DNA of 64,000 nucleotides from Eledone cirrhosa (Eukaryota): NCBI GenBank assembly GCA_964016885.1, contig OZ024740.1, positions 73,594,001 to 73,658,000 of the forward strand, read 5' to 3'. Shown piece by piece: positions 1 to 13,310 of this stretch (position 1 is its first letter; each line of letters starts with the position of its first letter). The notes under the pieces were generated by a model. It saw only the letters and a program-made list of their open reading frames with translations, ran no database searches and was not told where the DNA came from. The position numbers and the translations under genes were made by a program.

Positions 1-248
1 ATCGAGATTTAAACGATGTTGCCGTTGATCCTACGTAATACCACTCGTTGCCTCCGGATTTAATGGTACACTTATAAATAATATTTTTTTCCCGGCAGGT
101 CCTCAGTAATATTATTCTGATGAAATGACAGTAAATAATAACATTGAAATATTGAATGTCTGCATAACTAAAACTTTGTAGATAGCAGCCGTTTTCAGGT
201 TATGTAACTGTTATAGAAACACGAACACCGGGGGTACAATGTATATAT

Positions 249-292
<44 letters not shown>

Positions 293-1607
293 ATAAATTA
301 ACGGAGGGATAGGCCCTCGCTATTCCCTGTAAATAATGTGCTCATAGAAATTTGGGACTTGACTTCTTCTTCCTCACTTTTCGTTGCTCACCATTTTTGT
401 TGTTTACACTCTTGTCCCCTTTATTTACGTGTCCCAACGACTTTTTTTAGCCGTTGCTCGCACCCAATAAGCGTCAAAATATAATGTAAAATATAATTTT
501 TAAAAAAGAGGGAGCGTCTTATGCAAAGGGGCGTCCAATAGGCCGGCAAATATGGTATTTTGTTATTAATAATTTAGCGTTAAAAAATATATATTGCCAC
601 GTAAAAAGCCATAAAAAGTCGGGAAGATATTTACGTTTTCGCGAATATGTGGTGGTTTCCACGAACAGTTATTAGTTTGGTTCTAAGGGAATTCCGCGAA
701 TAACCGGGACCGCGAACACCGGGGGTACAATGTATATATATACATACATATATATATATATATATATATCACGATAAATTAACGGAGGGATAGGACCTCG
801 CTATTCCCTGTAAATAATGTGCTCAAAGGAGAAGAAATCCTGAGCTCTTTAAAATACAATATGTTGAAAAGGTAACACACCAGGTAACACAAAGGTAACA
901 TACAGAGCATTATCAATAAAACAGGGAAAAAAACCACGTGTGTTATATAGTTATAGAGGTATTTATTTACGCTTTAATTTATATTTTTAATTATCGTGTC
1001 TATAGTCTGCCTTTCATAGGTTATAGATTCCATACACTGGTGGTTTTTTCCCTGTTTTATTGATAATGCACTGTATATCTCTCTCTGGTGTGTTACCTTT
1101 TCAACATATTGTATTTATGTTAGCCTCTTCCTCACCCTTCACTCACTCATTCTCTGTTACTACCCCTCCTCCTCCTCTTTCTTCCTGTTTTACCTGTGCG
1201 TAATTCTTTTCTTTCGCACTCTTGGTCTGGCAGGTCGTTCTTTTTCTCTCTTTCGTCTACGATTTCACAGAACTCACGTTCACCGAAATCACAGACTAGA
1301 TCCCTTCTTCCTCCCGTTAGACCTGTACGGAATTCCTTCCTTGCTTACATTCCAACCAGGTTTGATGGTCTTTATTCTCTCTCGTTCACGATTTCACCGA
1401 ATTTAAATTCATAGAAATTTGGGACTTGACTTCTTCTTCCTCACTTTTCGTTGCTCACCATTTTTGTTGTTTACACTCTTGTCCCCTTTATTTACGTGTC
1501 CCAACGACTTTTTTTAGCCGTTGCTCGCACCCACCGGATGTATATGGTCTTTAAAGCGATGAAATACCAATGATGGTTGGAAGATCACTGATGAAGGACT
1601 AACTTTA

Positions 1608-1665
<58 letters not shown>

Positions 1666-1842
1666 TCAGACCCGTAACTCCAGAGAGATTCGTAGGAGAA
1701 CAATTTTGATATCCGGCGTATGTAAATCATATTTAAACATCGCGGAGACCATCTCTTCTTCAAGTCATACATAGATATATATATATGTATGTTTGTATGT
1801 TTGTCTGTTTGTATGTCTGTATGTATGTATGTTCTCTTTCTC

Positions 1843-2141
1843 TTAATTTCGAGTACATTTTAATGGGGCACATTCCTGGTGGCAAAATTGTGTAAGAAAA
1901 GAAATTGTCATTCCTTGAATCACATATGAAATTATATATACACCCCAAAACATGCACTCACACCAACACACACATATATATGTGTGTGTGTTGGCGTGAG
2001 TGTGTGTGTGTGTTTTTGACAAAGTTGATCTGTTATATATATATACCCAAGGTTATGTTCTTTATGTGTATCATCAGCACAACTGACTGCAATAAGTCCA
2101 GCAACAACTAGAAGACAGAGGACAAGACCAACTTTAAACAT
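1843..2141 (-). CDS. Candidate small secreted peptide, two exons (2141-1962, 1875-1843), ~70 aa
   Basis: ATG at 2141 opens a clear signal-peptide-like stretch MFKVGLVLCLLVVAGLIAVSCA. A phase-0 donor GGT|GTGAGT at 1962/1961 and a pyrimidine-rich acceptor ttttgccaccag| at 1876/1875 give ...YVCVG|ECAPLKCTRN*. TATA and Inr lie upstream. Confidence 0.4.
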
Positions 2142-2170
2142 GTTGAGAATAGGAATCAGAGTGAAATCTG

Positions 2171-2203
2171 CAATGAGAGATTCTAGATTTCACGGTTTAT
2201 ATA
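2171..2203 (-). promoter_or_regulatory. TATA box (TATATAAA, 2203-2196) plus Inr-like TCATTG ~30 nt downstream
   Basis: Canonical TATA-Inr spacing directly upstream of the ATG at 2141. Confidence 0.4.
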
Positions 2204-3688
2204 TCAATTTTTTCTCGAATTCTGCGAGAAATAATCACATGGTTTATGGTTTTACAGACTAACTAAATCTTTCACATCTTCATAAGTTTAAACACTAATT
2301 ACATAAGATCTACAGAGACATTTAACAGTTGTACACATGTAATCCACGTCTTTATATTTAATTTAATATCGATAATCAATAATAATAAATCTCCTAGCCA
2401 TTATTGCAACTGCGGATCAATAATTACATATTATTTCTTAATATCTTAAGATGTTAACATATCTAGACACATTACAACAGTATATACAGTGTAATTATGA
2501 TATGAATTTGTGTTTTTAAGTTCGATCCCACTGAGAACATCTTGGTCATATGTTTTCTAACATACATTCAGGTAATACATACATATATATATATATAGGT
2601 ATGTATTACTATATATATATATATATGGTATTAGTATTGGTGCTTTGAAATAGCGATGTATACATGAATGTATGTATAGTATATTTGGCAATATACCGTA
2701 TGTTTAATTCACAATTGATATAACGTGCATTCCAATTTCACTGGATAACAAATTATATTTTTATGTATGTATATAAGTTGTGTGTTATGTGTTATGTATG
2801 TATGTATGTATGTATGTATGTATGTACAACCTGTCTCATGGTCGGGTCGTTGGCGACTAAACTGGCAACCCCACCAAGGTTTCTTGATGAGGAGAGTGAC
2901 TTTGGACATCCTGCAGGACTAAAAACAAAACCTGTCAAAGGGCAAAGGAGCTCTTAAGAGTCAATGGCCATCCAAAATCACCGGGAGAGATGACCCCTTA
3001 GCCTTTGTCAAGGCAGAATTCTAGGAGAAGGAAAACTCTGATATAACACCTGCAACCCTGATGGTTTCCAATGATGTTGACTTGTTCTTCTTTTTGGTAA
3101 ATATCATCTTGGTTAAGAGAGTGGGACTGGCTTTGTGCAGTGCCTTTGCTCACTATAAAAGCTTCACAGTACAGGCATTGCTTTATATCTGGAGATCTCT
3201 CTGCACTTGTCGTCACATGGTACCATGGGCCCAGCACTATGTGTCAATAATTGTCACAAGTGTAGTGTTTGTACCAGAGCTTTCAAGTTGCTGGCTGGAC
3301 TAAAAAGTCACACTCGTTCAGCGCATCGGTAGGGGTTCTCCTACATGGATATAAAGTAGTGGCCGTACTCGAAAACGAGTTGGCAGCCACCATGTATGTA
3401 TGTATGTATGTATGTATGTATGTATGTATGTATGTATGTATGTATGTATGTATGTATGTATGTATGTATGTATGTTCTTTTGGTTCTGTAATTCTATAAA
3501 TGTTTACCAATAGAGAGAGAGAGTCGGTTTCTAGCATAGATACAAGACTCTCTTATTGGAATTTACACAACATCAACTAGGTAGATATGTCTGCATGTAT
3601 GCATGTGTGTGCAGGTATAGATGTTAATGTATGTGTGGATGTGGATGTTTTGAGTTATATGTGTGCATGCAGTTATTAGAGGCAGAAG

Positions 3689-6600
3689 CCCTAAGCACTA
3701 AAAAATTTTGGTGCCCCCATACATTTGTAGATCAAAACATAAACAATAATATATGGTAAATTAAAGTTTTATTTATTGAAATTTCAAAATAAAGCAAAAC
3801 ATACAGAAAGAGATAAAATAATTTTATTTATTGAATAATTTTTTGCTGCTTTTTTTTCTTGCAAAGTCTTTGATCAGATCCTCGTAACCAATCTTACGTA
3901 ACACATCTGCTTCTATACACAATAGGGATAAAGCATCCAGCCTGTATTGTTGCATGGTTGTTCTGAAGGGAGTTTTAATATATTTCAACCGTGAAAATGA
4001 ACGCTCCGCTGAGCAGTTAGTAACCATTAATGTTAAAAATATACGAAAGGCTATGTCTACATTTGGAAAGGCACACTCAATATTGTCTTTTACAATAATT
4101 TTATAAAGTTCAGCATGATTAAATCTTGTTTTTACATTTTCTGTTCTACTCATCTTAATTCGCACATATAAATGAAACTGCTGAAGCTCATTTGAGAAAT
4201 TACTATTGAAATCCTCTGGATAAGCATTGATCAACTTTTGACAGTACTGAGAATACCTTTCAATATAGTAGCTGATGGAATGTCTATATTTGGCACATCA
4301 CTAAGAAAAGAAAATTTCTCTGCCATTTCTTTGTATATCTCTCCTCTTCTTTCCATCTCAGCTGCAAGTTTGTCAACAATTGTGTAAAATGTGGAGATAC
4401 GAAACTTATCTCTGGCATCTAAATAAACTTCTGCTGTATCTCCGTCATTGGCTACTTTTTTTCTAATACGTTTGCGAGTTGCAGTTGTCCTGTAATCAAC
4501 ATCTGGAAGTATTTCCTTGGCCTCTTTTTCATATCTTTCAAATTCATCTCGTGAGGTGTTCAGTTAGTCAGCTAATGATACATAGAGATCTACACATGTC
4601 TTTAAGTTCGCATCCTCATTTTGGAGAACTTTGCTTACTCTGTGAAAATTCTGCAAAATCTCATTCCAAAAAATCAACATAAAAACGAATTCTAGCTCTT
4701 GCATCTTATCAACAATATTATTTGCTTCTCTTCTAGCGTCTCCCTTTTGTGATTGATCTTCGGCTATATATTCTAATGCCTCGGAAATCTCAGGGAACGA
4801 TTTCAAGATTGCTGCTGTTGCCATAGCATGTGCTTCCCATCCTGTATCAGAGAGGGATTTCAAGACACATTCATTCTTAATACAATCTTTGAGAATTTTC
4901 CAACGGTTAGTGGAAGCGGAAAAAAAATTATAGAGTAACTGTACTGTAGAGAAAGAAATAACAGCAGTCAACAGCAGTCAACAGCAGTCATCAGCACTCC
5001 GGCCAACAAGATTTAATGAATGAGCTGCACAGGGCACATATATAGCAAACTTGTTTGTTTCTAAAATCTTTTGCTGCATCCCCTTATAACTCCCAGACAT
5101 GTTAGCAGCATTGTCATAAGTCTGACCCCTACATTTTGAAACATTTAACCCACAAGCTTCACGTAAATGCAGCAGCACCTGGTTCGCCATATTCTCGCCA
5201 GTGTGGTTTTCTATTATGATGAAGGTTAAAATCGTTCAATAGGCTGTCCATCTTGTAAATACCTAAGTACAACACTCAATTGATCGCTATGTGATAAATC
5301 TGGTGTTGTATCAATGGGCAAACTAAAATAACCAGAAGATTTAACTTCGTTAATAATGAACTCGCGGACCTTTTGTGCCATTAGTTGAATAATTTCCTCG
5401 ATAGTGGTTTTTGACATGTAAGAAGGATTTCCTTTTCCAGAATTTCCATATTTAGAAATGTGGCCTGCTAAAAATGGATCAAACTGGCTTATGAGTTCAA
5501 ACAGCACTAAAAAATTCCCATTTTGCAACGATCCAAACTTCTCTTCACTTCCTCGAAAAGGCAAGCCACGTTCAGCTAACGTACAAATAACAGCTACGAC
5601 ACGCCTCAAAACGTGTTCCCAGTAATTGCACTCTTCATGAATTTGTTTCTCCAAATCTGACTTTAACCCCGCACATTGCCTGCGAGTTAAATATGCCAGC
5701 AAAGAGTTTCGATGAATAATGCTTTTCTCATGCTTTTCAATTACAATAGTATTGCGCCAATCACTGAACCCTTCTCTTGAAACGAAAATTGAATTTTTTT
5801 CACGAGCAAACAAAACAATAAACTGATCCCCTTGATGGTGAATAGAGTAACCACTCTCTCTTGTATTTTTCACCATTGGTTTTTGTCCCAATATAAAGTT
5901 TCTGTGAGCAATACCTTACTGGTTTACCACTACTAAAATGACGGCAAGACTTTTCAAATGGCCCGTTGTGGTATTGACAAATACTGGGTTCACAAGTAAT
6001 CCAATAAGCTATATCATTAGCAGAGAAATCAAGCCACATTCCTGGATCGTTCGCTAAATTGTAATTTTCTTCATTTTTTACAAGCAAATTAATTTCACCG
6101 CCATTGTCACAGTGCTCTAAACTTCTATTTTCAGCAATTATTTGAGCCCTATCATCATTTACAGTAGAGGTATCCGAATAAAGAGAATTCACAGGCAAAG
6201 TAAGATCAGTTGTGAGACATGTGCTGGATGAACATGCTTGCGATATCTCGGTACTTCTAATGTCATCATATTTTGATTCTGAAGTAATCAAAGTTGTATT
6301 TGCCGTATTCATGTCTACTTCAGATAACGTATATCGTTTTTTACCTGGAATCTGTAAATCATGTTGTGGAATTTGTGAAAAAAAATTAGTCAGCTTTGCG
6401 ATCTAATTCCGAAGTTTTTTCTTATTTCTTGTTCGAAAGTTTTCGTTTTTGTGCCCCAATTAACTGAATGCGTTTCATCTTGGTTTGGGGGATCTGTTAA
6501 TTAGATTTGAATAGTTAGATTTTTTGGGGATCTGTAAATTAGATCTGATGGTTAGATTTGAAAAAGGATGGTGTAAACCCAAATAAACAAATCAGTAAAT

Positions 6601-7143
6601 ACAGTTATAAAATTAAAGCTTGAGTTTGTTCAGATAAAAAATAAAAAATAAAAAATTATGTAGAAATAAAAAAGTTATAGTTATATAGTATAACTTTTTT
6701 ATTTCTACATAATTTTTTTTAGAACACAAATAATCTAGAACACAAATGACAATTATTTTTGATATAGAGTCTACAATTAGTTCAAATAAAAAAAAAATTT
6801 GTAAAAAAATTAAAAAACCCTAATGAACAGAATTGTTAATAAAAAGAAGCAGAAAATAAACCTTGGTTACTTGGGATTGGGAGTATCAAAAAACTTTCAG
6901 CTGGTCGCTATATTCATAAACCTTAAAAAACATTTCAACAAGCATGTAGCCATTTTAAAATTGAACCAGAATACATTGGAGTTTCAGAAAAATGTCTTAT
7001 TTCATTTTGAAAATTGCTATAAAATTAATTAATTTAATAATTTAAACTGTAAATTCATCATATAAACATTTTTTGAGGTGTCCCTTCTTCCTTTGATGCC
7101 CTAAGCACGTGCTTACTTTGCTTATATTGTTAATCCACCACTG
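3689..7143 (-). mobile_element. hAT DNA transposon (ZMYM1-like/DUF4371 transposase), left end truncated
   Basis: Terminus CAGTGGTGGATT on minus at 7143, plus transposase fragments across several frames. Confidence 0.85.
3824..6478 (-). pseudogene. Frameshifted hAT transposase
   Basis: REWLLYSPSRGSVYCFVC (TTF-type Zn finger), LAERGLPFRG..NGNF (DUF4371), DTTPDLSHSDQLSVVLRY, CRGQTYDNAANMSG, YVPCAAHSLNL, and LMVTNCSAERSFSRLK (hAT dimerisation), split over at least 5 ORFs. Confidence 0.9.
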
Positions 7144-7625
7144 CTTGGAGAGCTAATCTGTTTCCTCCTCTAATTTCATTTCACCTTTGAATTGAAGGCC
7201 TTTCCCGTCTTTGCCTTTGATACTCTCGATTCTTTGCTCTCTGAATTTCTACCTCTTCTTCATTCATTTCCTTTCTCTTTCGGCGCTTTCTTTCTGAGCT
7301 ATTTGAAAATTTCCTTACATCATTAATATTATTGTTGTTTAAGTTAGTAGTTGCATTGAAAGGGTTATCATTATTATGCGGTAGAGGGTCGGACATGCTT
7401 TCCAGCATAGTTACGTCCCTTTAGGATCTGAGTTCAAATCCGGCTGAGGTTGACTTTGCCTTTCATCCTTACGGGGTCGATAAAATAAAGTACCAGTAAT
7501 GCACTGGTATAATTGCTGGCCTTGTGCCTAAAGTAGAAACAATTATTATGCGGTGTATTAATATTGATATCGTAATTTTCTGAAGTGACACTGTTGTTAA
7601 ATGAATTTGTGTCGTTTGCTTCCAT
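7144..7625 (-). pseudogene. Basic coiled-coil ORF fragment resembling a Helitron RepHel N-terminus, split by a SINE
   Basis: MEANDT..NINTPHNN / PHNNDNPF..RKRRKRKEMNEEEVEIQRAKNREYQRQRRE joins across the SINE target-site duplication ttattatgcggt and is cut by the hAT end at 7143. Confidence 0.3.
7380..7548 (+). mobile_element. tRNA-derived SINE (major family; other copies at ~8997-9115+, 12565-12683-, 16465-16630+, 19105-19300+, 20108-20255-, 52375-52528+)
   Basis: B-box GAGTTCAAATCC, conserved core TTTGCCTTTCATCCTTACGGGGTCGATAAAATAAAGTACCAG, tail GGCCTTGTGCC..AGTAGAAACAATTATT; TSD ttattatgcggt. Confidence 0.85.
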
Positions 7626-8160
7626 GGCATAAAAATATGCAATTGATTTTAGTTATTGAAAGAACGCTGGTTAAAAATAATTACATACACACACATCTAC
7701 ACAAACATATACATAAACTGACTCATTAGAGAAAATCATTTTTACATGCACACACATGTATGTGTGTGAGTATATGTATGTGTATGTGTGTGTGAGTGTG
7801 TGTGTATGTGTGTGTGCATATGTATGAGTAACACAGGTGTAACGAACGCTGTTCGCTGTTTTCTATACTTTGTCACAGCCCCATTCCTTCAAACTCATCA
7901 TATAGATGTGTGTATGTAATAATAAGTTTTTAAATGTGTCTGTTTATATTATATGTATGTGTAAATGCGGGGGCTGCGGGGAAGCCTGTTCGTGGGATCC
8001 CATTTGCTCACCATACGGATTAACCACACTGTTTGACATGCATTTTTCTTTAAATAAAAAGAAAGATACAAAAAACACACACAAGTGTAATTCTGTTGTC
8101 TAGGTAGCTTTGTAAATAAACATACACAAACACATATACATTCACTCAAATATTATATAT

Positions 8161-8545
8161 ACTAGCAGAAAAACCAACCTAGGGGTGGTTTTCTGCTAGC
8201 ATGTGTAGTGTGTATATTGATATTATACACAAATATATATACATGTAAATATGATACATCAAATAAAATCGTAATTGACAATATACACAGAAATTGAACA
8301 AAGCCTGTTACACTGTCTTCTGTAATCAGTAATCCATGATACATTAAAAAAAGACGACATTATATATAAACTGCATTAGGAGAAAATTAGCGACGGAAAT
8401 ATATGCGATTATAAGTGTTATAATATAACGGCCGCTAACCGGAAGTGTTGACATTTGATAATTTTAAAGATCTTTAAATAAGCTATAAAATTTTATTAAT
8501 TAGGAATTTAGTATTCAATCTATTTATACTCTGTACAATAATTCA
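8161..8545 (-). mobile_element. Non-autonomous Helitron fragment (3' end)
   Basis: Hairpin followed by CTAG|T on minus at 8161-8200. Shares ACCGGAAGTGTTGACATTTGA with the Helitron at 55479-56893. Confidence 0.6.
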
Positions 8546-8574
8546 GAATGTGTATTTAATTAGAAAGGTCCCTA

Positions 8575-8935
8575 CAACAACTACAACGGTACGTGATGGG
8601 GCCCACCCACAGCCCTGGCGGACAGAATGGAGAAGGCGTTTCCCCGGAGGACGGCGAGGGAGACGCGCTGGAAGAGCCACTCCAGCTCGCGGGGATTACA
8701 CCTGCGGCTGGCCAGCTCAGCGCCTATGGTGGTGAGTAAGGAGGTAGCCCTGGGGCCGAGGACACCAGAAGTCTCCACTGCCAGGGGTACGACCTGTCGG
8801 AGAGCGACCGGTATTTGAGGAGTTTGGCCCCTCAGCCCGACGTGCAGCAGAACCTGGGTCAGTCGCAGACTGCACCAGGTTGCGGCTGCAGAAAGTGTCG
8901 GTGCAAATGGCATCCCAGACGAGGGGTTTGCCATA
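8575..8935 (-). mobile_element. 3' fragment of a CRE-like non-LTR retrotransposon (restriction-like endonuclease end)
   Basis: GC-rich island encoding VPLAVETSGVLGPRATSLL..NPRELEWLFQRVSLAVLRGNAFSIL, the typical C-terminus of CRE-clade RLE elements. Confidence 0.65.
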
Positions 8936-9223
8936 AAATATATTTAATCAACAGCCACGAAATTTAACACATAAATTATGTAATATTCATTCATGACTGA
9001 GTTCAAATCCCGCCGAGGTTAACTTTGCCTTTCATCCTTTCGGTGTCGATAAAATAAAGTACCAGTAATATACTGGATAATTGCTGGCCTTGTGCCAAAA
9101 GTAGAAACAATTATTTATTCAAAGTAATCCAACTTATTTTACAAACGGGGTAAAAAAAAAATTCAGGACGCAATCCCACACTCCTTTCTTTATTATAGTT
9201 AAGATAAATATAGTTCACACACA

Positions 9224-9306
<83 letters not shown>

Positions 9307-9720
9307 CTCCCGTTTACACACACAGAGTTGAAACACTGATTTTTTTTTCACCGTAGAATTTTCTCCATCCCACTTCCATGCGAACTGACACACGGACACG
9401 ATTCGACATTTATTTATATAGATTTTCGGCAAGGCCAGCCGTAACTCGCTCGGTATGCACATAAGGCTACTCAACCGATGTGTACTTAAGAAAATACTAT
9501 ATATTTTCAACTGTTCAACAAACTTGCAGAAGTATACAGTCCTCATGACGGGTAATGACCCAGAAACACGTTTATTGTTCCTCAAAGCCAATGTTGAACA
9601 AACAGGTGACGAACGGTCACCGGCACGGAACAGCTTCAAATCGGGCCGTTTGTTTACAAACGAATCGAACAATATAGCCCATATGTACATATGTACATAT
9701 GTGTGTGAATACAGTGAATA

Positions 9721-12473
9721 CAGTGGCGGACTGGCCAGGTTGCCCGGTTGCCCAATGGCAAGTGGGCCCCAGGGGGCCCACGGTAGCATTGCAAGAGCCC
9801 ACAATGGCATTGCAGAGCCCACTGTAGTATTTTAGGGGCCAATGCTTTGCTTTCAAAATATAGTTGAAATCTAAGAGAAAGAATTAAACATTTTTTAAAA
9901 ATAAATAAAAGAATTAAGCAAACCATTTGGTCAACCAATTCCCCATGGAATTACTAGAAACCAAAATATACGATAGTGCAAATAGCTGGAATCAGTGGTT
10001 GTACATTCAACTAAATCTAAAGCTTAGTATATTCATTCATGCATGCAAACATACATATATAGACACAGACGCACTAGCATATATATATATTTATATACTT
10101 ACACACGGACTACTGATCAAATGATATTTGGTATCAATAGGTAAAAGACATCTGTCAAATCAATTAGTGGTGAAGGTGGTGTGTATATATATATATAGAG
10201 ATATCTTTCTTTATTTGCCACAGGGGCGTACAAAATGGGACATTACAAGACGTGACGGCGGGGATTTTACAAAAGAATAACTTTAACATTAATAAATAAC
10301 AATAAACTATATATAATAAAATAACAATTGAATTCCCCAATAGGGGGGAACGTTAGTGCAGGGTTGTTTTACACCCCGTGGATAGAACAACCCTCAACAC
10401 CAGGAACACGTTTTGGAGGTGTTCCTGTCTTCCTTCTGTTTATCTTCCTCAACCTACAGGTTTATATACAGAGAAGGCCCATTCACTCGGGCCATTTTTG
10501 CCACATTCACCCACCTTTCAGCGAATTTACTGGGGTGTCGTACCTCTCTCCACTCTCACCTTCCTTCTGAAGTGATACTTAAAGAAGGGGATAAGTTGTT
10601 GTCCGGAGAGAAAGGTGTTTGCCCTCAATCCTTTTAACCTCGTCCACCATATTTTTCGCCATAGCCACCAGACAGAGGAAAACCGCCTCTCCTTCGTTCT
10701 TAAATGAAAGCGGCGGGGTGATCCTCACGATGGACTCGGCTGACAACTGGATGAGTCCCACACGTGACAGCAGCTGTTCGACATAATTCCACAGGTCGGT
10801 CACCCCTGGGCACTGAACAATTGCGTGCAGAACGGTTTCGATGTCCTGCTCGCATCTTGGACAGGTCCTTTTAGCAGGATCTCTGCCAGGGCGTCCGTGC
10901 CTGTAGATTTTGTCTCGAACTGGTAGAGCTCCTCGGTAGCACTGCCAGGCCAGAGACCTCTGGAAGTTATCTATAGGCCCTGGACGGAAATCCCTCCCGA
11001 AGAAACTGGTCAGTTCGTCCTCCTCCATGCCTAGAGTTTCCCCGAGAACGTCGTCGCACTTATCCTCCACTAATCCCCTATAGAATGTCGAAGTGGAGTC
11101 CCGCTGATTGCCGTTTCCGCTTGGTAGAGGGCTGTGAGCGCCTGTAGGCACTCGAGGTGCCAGACACCCATTTTCGGACTTCGCTTGACCCAGGACTGCA
11201 GCTCTGTTATTGAGACGAGTTGTGGAAGAGCTCGACTCACAAACTACAGCCACACCGGTTCACCTGGAGATGGCGTAGCCTCAGCGCATGTTTGCACATC
11301 ATCAGCCACGGCATGCCCAGCCCTCCGTTAGCAGGGTGTTGACAGCAGATGGATCTCCTCACCAATGGCGCCTGTTTCTTCCAGAGGAACTTGAAGAGTA
11401 GGCGTTCCATTTTGGTAAGGTATTCGCGGGGGCAAGGCACGACTGTCAAGCGGTAGTAGATGACGGACGCTATGTAAGTGTTCGCCACCTCCGCTCGACC
11501 TTTCAAGGAGAGTTTTCACTCAGCCCACTTCTGGGTGAGTGTAAACACCTTCGCCGTGACCTCGTTTCAGTTCTTGTCCACCTGGAGGTCTGGACAAAAA
11601 CAGACCCCGAGCAATTTGACCGGTCCTTCCGTCCAGCATCCAACGACACTGTCGGAAGGCAGGGGTTCGCACTCATCCAGAAGTGGGCTGAGTGCAAACC
11701 CTCATTGAAAGGTCGAGCGGAAGTGGCGAACACTTACATAGCGTCCGTCATCTACTACCGCTTGACAGTCGTGCCTTGCCCCCACGAATACCTTACCAAA
11801 ATGGTGTATATATATATATAGATAGATAGATACACACACACACGCACACGCACATATATATAAAGTAATTATTGAAAGTCTCTGGATTTTGAAAGTAGGT
11901 TTATAAGTATGAATTTTCATGAGATTTGTGTAGTTGCCTTTGTGGCCTAGTGGCAAGTACTACAGACGTTGGATATCCTATCCTTGGGTTCAATCCTGGT
12001 CATGTAACCTTTTTTTTCAGTTTTTATTTTTACAACCAATAGAAAAAAACTGAAAAGGTTTACCGGAACCCTACTCCCGATAAGGATCGAACTTCAGACG
12101 AGGATCACCACCGTCTATGGTTCCTCCAAGTAGGCCAGCGAGGCAGCTACAAAAGTATACTGAAAATTGATAATTATAAACCTACTTTCAAAATAAAAGT
12201 TAAAAAGATGTGTCGTTCATGGCTTTCCTAGAGCTATTAGTAATTCTTGGTCATTATTGAAAGTCTCTGGATTTTGCAAAATACATAATATTTTTTTATT
12301 GGAGAAGGTAAGATATTTTTCCGCAAAAATTTGATTACACCGTTTTGTTTCCACTTATGTATTTTTTGAAAATGTTATTTATTCATTAAAAAAATTAAAT
12401 GATAGCATTCTATATGTAGATGGGCCCCCTTCATCTCCTGGCAACCAATATTTTTAGACCCAGTCCGCCACTG
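9721..12473. mobile_element. Non-autonomous hAT-like element carrying nested insertions
   Basis: 14-bp TIRs CAGTGGCGGACTGG (9721) / CCAGTCCGCCACTG (ends 12473); no clean 8-bp TSD seen. Confidence 0.65.
10205..11803 (-). mobile_element. Tx1/L1-group LINE 3' fragment with inverted 5' end
   Basis: GRAEVANTYIASVIYYRL..FLW..GGLGMP, and a zf-RVT-like RSLAWQCYRGALPVRD..CPRC..ETVLHAIVQC. Confidence 0.8.
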
Positions 12474-13272
12474 TATGTGTGTGTGTGTATGTGTGCATAC
12501 TTACATTTATGTTTTAGCTGTGTTAGGGCGGGAAATAAAATTTTAATTTTATTTATATATATATAACTGTTTCTACTTTTGGCACAAGGCCAGAAATTAC
12601 CCAGTACATTACTGGTACTTTATTTTATCGACCCCGTAAGGATGAAAGGCAAAGTTAACCTCGACGGGATTTGAACTCAGACCGTAATATATAACGTTTG
12701 CTTGAAAGTATATTGAAATATTTTTTCTTGGTTCATCATTAAAATAAATAAAAGAGAGATTTAGGTTCTCTTTCTATCATTCTAAAATATAATAAGATGA
12801 ATGATCTGAAGGAGATTTGGCTGTTGTATCTAGCATTTTCTTTCAAATGTCAATGTTTTTCTGTCGTTTCTAGCATTGTTGTTGACTACAAGCAGGGGCG
12901 AAAGTTTTATATTTACCTCCCTTTAACCGTAGAATTTACCTGATTTTTTTTTAAATAGTGTCGCCATTGATTTTGTTCATAACTTTCTTGATAATTCATA
13001 TTTTTTATTGAAATTTTACTGTATGAAGACGTAGTATGTTAATCTCTTCTTATACTGATAACATATAAGAAGACACTCCTCTATTAATCACCTAGTCTTT
13101 CCAGTCCAGAAGGATGGCTCTGCAAAATTGGCTGTAAAAGAAATTATTGAAAAATATCTGATTAACGGTATATATCGTTGCTATTTTTATCATTTTCTGA
13201 CACATTAAATGTATCTATGGTTTGAGGGAGATTTATGTAATATTTATGTGTTTGTTTATATATATATATATA

Positions 13273-13310
<38 letters not shown>

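Noticed and set aside
9111-9938. 207-aa and other ORFs across the (CA)n tract and hAT end
   Set aside because: They span a microsatellite and a GC-rich MITE terminus with no recognisable domain.
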